Source of the DNA: Candidatus Nomurabacteria bacterium
GTDB lineage: Bacteria; Patescibacteriota; Minisyncoccia; Phycocordibacterales; UBA9973
NCBI GenBank assembly: GCA_052035195.1
Contig: JBPOHU010000009.1
Coordinates: 34,107-98,106, forward strand
Reading direction: 5' to 3'
DNA: 64,000 nt
How positions within the stretch are numbered: the first letter of the stretch is position 1; each line of letters opens with the position of its first letter. Shown here in pieces: positions 58,971-64,000 of this stretch. The position numbers and the translations under genes are program-made. The notes beneath the pieces are model-generated. The model was not told where the DNA came from, searched no databases, and saw only the letters and a program-made list of their open reading frames with translations.

Positions 58971-59009
58971 TTTTTAAAAAAGGCCTTTTGGCGTGTTAAA
59001 ATAAGTATT

Positions 59010-59243
59010 ATGACAAAACAAAAAACAATCTTTCTTTTTATTGTTATTATCGCTATTGTTGGATTTTTCCTTTGGAAAAATATGGATAAAAAGGCTCCGG
59101 CAGTCGAAACTCCGACTCAAGTTGTAGAACAAGATACCACATCTGACCCCACTGCTTCTTTAGAGGCTGAACTAAATGCTATAGATACAGAATTTAAACT
59201 AGATTCAGAAACTAGTGAAAACCAAAAAATCGAAAGACTATAA
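59010..59243 (+). CDS. small membrane-anchored hypothetical protein
   Basis: N-terminal TM, acidic tail. Confidence 0.7.
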   Translation: MTKQKTIFLFIVIIAIVGFFLWKNMDKKAPAVETPTQVVEQDTTSDPTASLEAELNAIDTEFKLDSETSENQKIERL

Positions 59244-59246
59244 TAA

Positions 59247-59534
59247 ATGGCACTAAAACAAAAATTTAAAGTCGAGGCAAAGGTATGGCTTTATCCTGGA
59301 TTGGCAGGCTGGCATTTTGTGACTTTGGACAAAACTCTTTCTTCTGAAATAAAAAAGAAGTATCCAAAAGGTTTTGTAAAAGTAGAAGTGACACTAAGTG
59401 AGAGCTCTTGGCAGACTTCACTTTTCCCGCATTCACAATCAAAGAGTTATTTGATCTGTATTAAGAATGCTATTCGCAAAAAGGAGGGCATTTTCGAAGG
59501 GGATGAGATTAGCTTGTCTGTCAAAATTTTGTAG
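59247..59534 (+). CDS. DUF1905-family protein
   Basis: WLYPG..GWHFV, W.TSLFP, Y...IK..IRK.EG...GD. Confidence 0.85.
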   Translation: MALKQKFKVEAKVWLYPGLAGWHFVTLDKTLSSEIKKKYPKGFVKVEVTLSESSWQTSLFPHSQSKSYLICIKNAIRKKEGIFEGDEISLSVKIL

Positions 59535-59556
59535 AGCTATGCTACAATGTATCCCT

Positions 59557-60081
59557 ATGGAAGAAAAAAACCACACAAAAAGACGCGTCGGAGTATTTGT
59601 TGTATTAATAGCTTTATTTGTTGTTCTTTTGTTTGTGATACTTGCTACTAAAGATGTTCCAACACCAAATACAGCAACATTTGAAACTCCAACTGTGGTT
59701 TCTAAACAATGCTATATCTGGAATACAGAAGCAGGAGATAGTGCAACTCTCATACTCTCTACTATAGATACAAATGTAGAAGGAAGCTTTACATTTTTGC
59801 CAGCAGAAAAGGATAGCAAGCGCGGTATCTTGACTGGGACTTTATCAGCTCTATCAGGAGATAGTAGCGTGCGAACTGTTTATGGTTGGTGGAATGTTCT
59901 AGCAGAGGGTATGAATTCAAAAGAAGAAATAATAATCACTCTTTCTGGAAAAACAGCCGCAGTTGGCTTTGGTGAAATGAAAGAAAAAGAAGATGGTTCT
60001 TATGTTTATGCTGATGTTAACAATCTCTCTTATGAGCCAGTACTTCAAGAAACTTCTTGTGACGATCCCGCTATAAAATAA
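59557..60081 (+). CDS. membrane-anchored hypothetical protein
   Basis: TM then CY...V.G......EKD...G...AEG; start at MEEKN. Confidence 0.7.
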   Translation: MEEKNHTKRRVGVFVVLIALFVVLLFVILATKDVPTPNTATFETPTVVSKQCYIWNTEAGDSATLILSTIDTNVEGSFTFLPAEKDSKRGILTGTLSALSGDSSVRTVYGWWNVLAEGMNSKEEIIITLSGKTAAVGFGEMKEKEDGSYVYADVNNLSYEPVLQETSCDDPAIK

Positions 60082-60100
60082 TCTTTTAAAGAAACAAAAC

Positions 60101-60754
60101 ATGCTCTCTTTTTCTAAAGAAGAATTAGCACTATTTAAAAAGTTAAATACTCCTATAAAGGTGCAGGACTTTTTAAATAGTATTCCTTTTAATCATGAGC
60201 TTGACGGTGTGGGTACTGCCAAAAGTCCTATAATGGTTCTCCGTAAAAATAATGCTCACTGTATTGAAGGAGCTATGCTCGGAGCTTATATTTTGTCTTT
60301 GCATGGTTTTGAACCATTGCTTCTTCATTTGAAAACTACCAAAGAAGACTTTGAGCACGTGATAACACCTTTTTGTGTTAATGGTTTGTGGGGAGCTCTT
60401 TCAAAAACAAATCACGCTGTACTTCGATATCGAGATCCGCTCTATGGCAGTGTGCATGAATTAGTTATGTCTTATTTCCATGAGTACACAGTAGATGATG
60501 GGACTAAGACATTACGGAGTTATTCAGAAACCTTGGATTTGAAAGATTTTGGACCAGATTGGATGCTGGAAGAGAGGGATTTGTGGGGGATAGATGAAGA
60601 GCTCGGCAAGATAAAGCACTACGATATCGTGCCCAAGGGCTTTAGATTGCGCCAGGCGGACCCTATTGAAAGAAGCTTTGGTATGGTCACGGAATGGAAG
60701 AAACGTAAGAGAAAAGCTGGTAATTATGGCAAAAAATATAAAAGTGTGGTATAA
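60101..60754 (+). CDS. conserved hypothetical protein, transglutaminase/papain-like Cys-His motif
   Basis: L.TP.K.QDFL, AHCIEGA, HV, WGA.SK.NH..LR.RDP.Y, SYFHEY. Confidence 0.75.
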   Translation: MLSFSKEELALFKKLNTPIKVQDFLNSIPFNHELDGVGTAKSPIMVLRKNNAHCIEGAMLGAYILSLHGFEPLLLHLKTTKEDFEHVITPFCVNGLWGALSKTNHAVLRYRDPLYGSVHELVMSYFHEYTVDDGTKTLRSYSETLDLKDFGPDWMLEERDLWGIDEELGKIKHYDIVPKGFRLRQADPIERSFGMVTEWKKRKRKAGNYGKKYKSVV

Positions 60755-60797
60755 TGTATTGGTACTAGTATTTTAAGTTAATTCTCAATAAAAAAGT

Positions 60798-60983
60798 ATG
60801 CCAGAAATCAAAGCATTGTGTATGAAGTGTCGTGACGCTAATAACAAGCCAACGATGCAAGTTATGAAAGATATAAAGGTAGAGGAAAAGAACAACCGCT
60901 ATTCTGCAAAAGGACAATGTTCAAATTGTGGAGGAAATATGTTCAAGTTCATGAACAAAGAAACCGCTGATAGTTTGAAATAA
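60798..60983 (+). CDS. DUF5679-like zinc-ribbon protein
   Basis: A.CMKCR ... KG.C..CG..MFK. Confidence 0.8.
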   Translation: MPEIKALCMKCRDANNKPTMQVMKDIKVEEKNNRYSAKGQCSNCGGNMFKFMNKETADSLK

Positions 60984-61065
60984 TACACTATGACAAAATA
61001 CCCTTTTAAAGGGTATTTTTGTTTGGGAATTCGTCAGAAAGGGCTTTTCCTGTTAGTATTTCGTT

Positions 61066-61632
61066 ATGATAATAAAAAGTGCTGTTTTTAAAAAAGGGAG
61101 CCCTAGCATTGATGGGGTTTTTGATGACGGCTTGCCACACGTAGCTTTCATAGGTAGATCAAATGTTGGCAAGAGTAGTACTATCAATGCTCTAACCAAG
61201 GTTAAAGGTTTGGCCAAAACCAGTGGTACTCCTGGGGCTACTAAACATATAAATATGTTTCTTATAAACAATAAGTTTTATATTGTTGATCTTCCTGGTT
61301 ATGGTTTCGTATCTGGATCTTCTGGCAAGAGAGACGCACTCCACTCTTTAATAGAATCTTATGTTTTTAGTGATAGCGAAAATGCAAAAAAGTTTGTGAT
61401 TATAGTTGATGCCAAGGTTGGTCCAAGCAAAGATGATTTGGCGATGATTGAAAGCCTGGAGTCTTTTGGTAGAGAGATAATAGTTGCTGTTAATAAGATA
61501 GATAAATTAAAATCTGGAGAACTCAAAAAGCAATTACAAGAAATCAAAGACCTTGTTGGCCCTCATACTATCGTGCCTTATTCCGCAGAGAAGAAAACAG
61601 GTTTAGGTTTACTACTTGAAGCTATTAGTTAG
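61066..61632 (+). CDS. engB: ribosome biogenesis GTPase YihA/YsxC
   Basis: GRSNVGKSS, S.TPG.T, DLPGYG, NKID. Confidence 0.95.
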   Translation: MIIKSAVFKKGSPSIDGVFDDGLPHVAFIGRSNVGKSSTINALTKVKGLAKTSGTPGATKHINMFLINNKFYIVDLPGYGFVSGSSGKRDALHSLIESYVFSDSENAKKFVIIVDAKVGPSKDDLAMIESLESFGREIIVAVNKIDKLKSGELKKQLQEIKDLVGPHTIVPYSAEKKTGLGLLLEAIS

Positions 61633-61634
61633 GC

Positions 61635-62414
61635 TTACTTTTTTAGAAGTTCAATATCTTTTGTAGGGATACGCTTAACGAAGCCAGGCTTCATTGATCC
61701 TGCTTTGAGGTGTCCTATTCTGATTCGTACCAAAGATTCAATAGTTAGTCTACAAGCATCACACATACGACGGATTTGGTGTTTGCGTCCTTCTTGGAGA
61801 ATTATAGTGAAAGAAGACTTTGAAACCTTTTTTGTTTTAGCAGGTTTAGTCATTACTTTGTCGAGCATAATACCTGTGCTTAGTCTCGTTAATGCTTCAG
61901 GGGTAACTATTTCTCGAACTGTAACTAAGTATTCTTTTTCTATATTTGAATTTTCTTTTGTAAGAGAGCGAGCCAAAGTGCCGTCATTTGAAAGAATGAT
62001 CAAACCCTCAGAGTCTTTGTCGAGTCGGCCAATAGGGGCTAAATGAGAAAGTGCTGGCAAGCGATCATGAATGTCTTTGTTCTCAGGTGATGTTTTACTT
62101 GTCTCTATACCTCTAGGTTTGTAAACCAATATAGCTTCTTTGGGAGTGTTAGAGATATTTTTAACAGCAATAACATCTTTCTCTGGCAAAATACCAAAAC
62201 CTGTTTCTTTGACTATCTTGCCATTAACTGTAACAGAGCCATTTTTAATGAGTTCTTTTGCTTCTCTTCGTGAGGCTAAGCCTTTGTATGCTATAGCACG
62301 CTCAAGACGCTCATAACCGTCTGGAAGGGTAGATGAGTCTTTTGGCTTTTGTTTAGAAAGCGGTTTTGGACCCTTGGGGGTCTTGTAGAAGATTCTTTTT
62401 TTAGGCTTTGCCAT
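61635..62414 (-). CDS. rRNA pseudouridine synthase (RsuA/RluB/RluF family) with S4 domain
   Basis: SRREA S4 domain, YKPRG, GRLDKDSEGL, EGRKHQIRRM; start at MAKPK. Confidence 0.92.
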   Translation of the reverse strand: MAKPKKRIFYKTPKGPKPLSKQKPKDSSTLPDGYERLERAIAYKGLASRREAKELIKNGSVTVNGKIVKETGFGILPEKDVIAVKNISNTPKEAILVYKPRGIETSKTSPENKDIHDRLPALSHLAPIGRLDKDSEGLIILSNDGTLARSLTKENSNIEKEYLVTVREIVTPEALTRLSTGIMLDKVMTKPAKTKKVSKSSFTIILQEGRKHQIRRMCDACRLTIESLVRIRIGHLKAGSMKPGFVKRIPTKDIELLKK

Positions 62415-62471
62415 ATTGGTCGTGATTATAGCACAACAAAAGAAGCTCTGTTGTAGTATTATATAAGCTGT

Positions 62472-63140
62472 ATGAAGCAAATTATCTATTTTGTCAGACA
62501 TGGAGAAACAGAGCTTAATGCTCAAGGTATAAGACAAGGCCCTGACGGACCACTCTCTCCAAAAGGTGTTGAGCAAGTCAAAGAAGTATCTAAGCGTTTT
62601 CCAGCAAAAAAGGGTAAGCCTCAAGCACTTATTTCAAGTCCTTTTCAAAGAACAAAAGAAACGGCAGCTATCATAGGGCAAGCTTTGAATATGCCGATAG
62701 AATATTGTGATTTACTTGTAGAGAGAAGAAACCCTACAGAGATAGTAGGTCACTCAGGAAAAGAAGAGCAAGTACAAAAAATAGTTGATCGAATAGATAA
62801 GAGTTTTCATGATGATACTTTGCGCTATTCAAATGAAGAGAACTTTGTTGACTTGAAAGACCGTGCTAAAGCTTTGCTTAAATATATTTCCAAAAGAAAG
62901 GAGCGCCAGATTATAATGGTTACGCACGGCATATTTTTGAAAATGGTAGTTTCTTATATGCTTTTGGGTGACAAACTAACAGCTTCAGAATATAACAAGC
63001 TTAGTTATCTAAATCCTATGGACAATGCCGCTCTTACTATTTGTACTAGAACACCGAGATTTCTCAGGAAGGCTAAATGGGAGCTCTTGGTTTGGAACAA
63101 TATCCCTGTAATAGAAGATAGTGGGGATAACGATCAATAA
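62472..63140 (+). CDS. histidine phosphatase family protein
   Basis: YFVRHGET, SSP..RT.ETA, VTHG. Confidence 0.9.
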   Translation: MKQIIYFVRHGETELNAQGIRQGPDGPLSPKGVEQVKEVSKRFPAKKGKPQALISSPFQRTKETAAIIGQALNMPIEYCDLLVERRNPTEIVGHSGKEEQVQKIVDRIDKSFHDDTLRYSNEENFVDLKDRAKALLKYISKRKERQIIMVTHGIFLKMVVSYMLLGDKLTASEYNKLSYLNPMDNAALTICTRTPRFLRKAKWELLVWNNIPVIEDSGDNDQ

Positions 63141-63183
63141 AATTTTGCTACAATAAGAGTATAAAAGAATAATTTATATTTTT

Positions 63184-63249
63184 ATGGCAAAAGGAAATGA
63201 CAGTCGCAAGAAGGAGACAAAGAAACCAAAAAAGGTTGTTGTTAAATAA
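63184..63249 (+). CDS. 21-aa basic peptide MAKGNDSRKKETKKPKKVVVK
   Basis: Hand-translated; preceded by a TGcTACAAT -10 and followed by a terminator (63250-63283). Confidence 0.6.
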   Translation: MAKGNDSRKKETKKPKKVVVK

Positions 63250-63373
63250 TAAAAAGCCCCTATTATATGGGGCTTTTTATTATTTTGCCTCGAAAAAAGC
63301 CTCTAGCGGCAAGCTTAAAACAGGAGTACACTATAAAATGTAATTATTCAAAACCAAAAGAGAGACTATAACT

Positions 63374-64000
63374 ATGACAGTAAATATTTCAAATAGAGAA
63401 TCGATAGCTCAAACACAGCTCAGAGACCATGCACTTCGTATCGTAGAATCCGCATATAAAGCCATAGATACAGACTCTTGTATCAAAGATATCGTCAAAC
63501 TAGAAGGAGATAATCTCTTAATCGGTGGTAATACTTTTGACATAAATAAATACAAAAGTATTTCTGTTATTGGTTTTGGAAAGGCTTCTTCAAAAGCAGC
63601 ACAAGCACTAGAGAATATTTTAGGGGAACATATAACAGGTGGAATTATCTTGGATAAAAATCCACTTATTTGTTCTCGAGTACAAGTTTTCCAAGGTTCT
63701 CATCCTCAGCCTACTACCCAGAACGTTGAAGCTTCAGAGAAAATAGCCAACCTTTCAAAATCTTTAACAGAAGAAGATCTAGCTATAGTTATAGTTTCAG
63801 GCGGAGGTTCATCTCTTTTGTGTTGGCCACAATCTGAATCAGATCAAGGTTCTAGACTTTATGGAGATTTCTTAAAAAGCGGTGGAACTATAAATGAACT
63901 TAATATTATTCGAAAACATCTTTCAGGTATGAAAGGTGGTGGTTTGGCAAAACTTCTTTTCCCGGCTACTGTTGTTGGTTTGATACTTTGTGATGTACCA
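63374..64000 (+). CDS. glycerate 2-kinase (DUF4147/MOFRL family), truncated by the window end
   Basis: Hand translation shows VIGFGKAS, GSHPQP, VSGGGSSL, LNIIRKHLS.MKGG.LA. Confidence 0.9.
   Translation, partial: MTVNISNRESIAQTQLRDHALRIVESAYKAIDTDSCIKDIVKLEGDNLLIGGNTFDINKYKSISVIGFGKASSKAAQALENILGEHITGGIILDKNPLICSRVQVFQGSHPQPTTQNVEASEKIANLSKSLTEEDLAIVIVSGGGSSLLCWPQSESDQGSRLYGDFLKSGGTINELNIIRKHLSGMKGGGLAKLLFPATVVGLILCDVP

Noticed and set aside
3257-62046. Numerous antisense ORFs of 60-210 aa inside housekeeping genes
   Set aside because: Fully nested opposite well-supported genes, with no recognisable motifs

Overview
AT-rich bacterial chromosome segment, most consistent with a Patescibacteria/CPR (Parcubacteria-like) genome. 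Supporting signs: short IF2 and AspRS, a cluster of VirB2/TrbC-like pilins next to a solute-binding protein, and few metabolic genes. Housekeeping genes: lepB, pth, rpsA, gyrA, rbfA, infB, an iscS-like desulfurase, clpB, a ddl-like ligase, cysS, corA, rplU, recR, dnaB, trpS, aspS, scpAB, mraY-ftsW-murG, gltX, engB, a pseudouridine synthase and glycerate kinase. There are five tRNA genes. Notable items: (1) a four-gene operon (Rv1355c-type ThiF adenylyltransferase, PaaK-like adenylating ligase, nitroreductase, multi-TM histidine kinase) that looks like a small-molecule signal synthase plus its receptor; (2) fold-back elements behind tRNA-Lys and tRNA-Tyr that carry an antisense copy of their own tRNA's 3' half interrupted by the same 25-nt hairpin, plus a second shared module; (3) a defence-like island (fused nuclease-methyltransferase, DUF3800, DUF2726) with a convergent ~80-nt structured RNA behind DUF3800; (4) a tandem array of promoter-ORFan-terminator cassettes; (5) REP-like palindromes, two inserted in frame within gltX; (6) an apparently pervasive leaderless promoter architecture. 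No CRISPR array, rRNA, integrase or transposase was seen. All family assignments are by eye from motifs; no searches were run.
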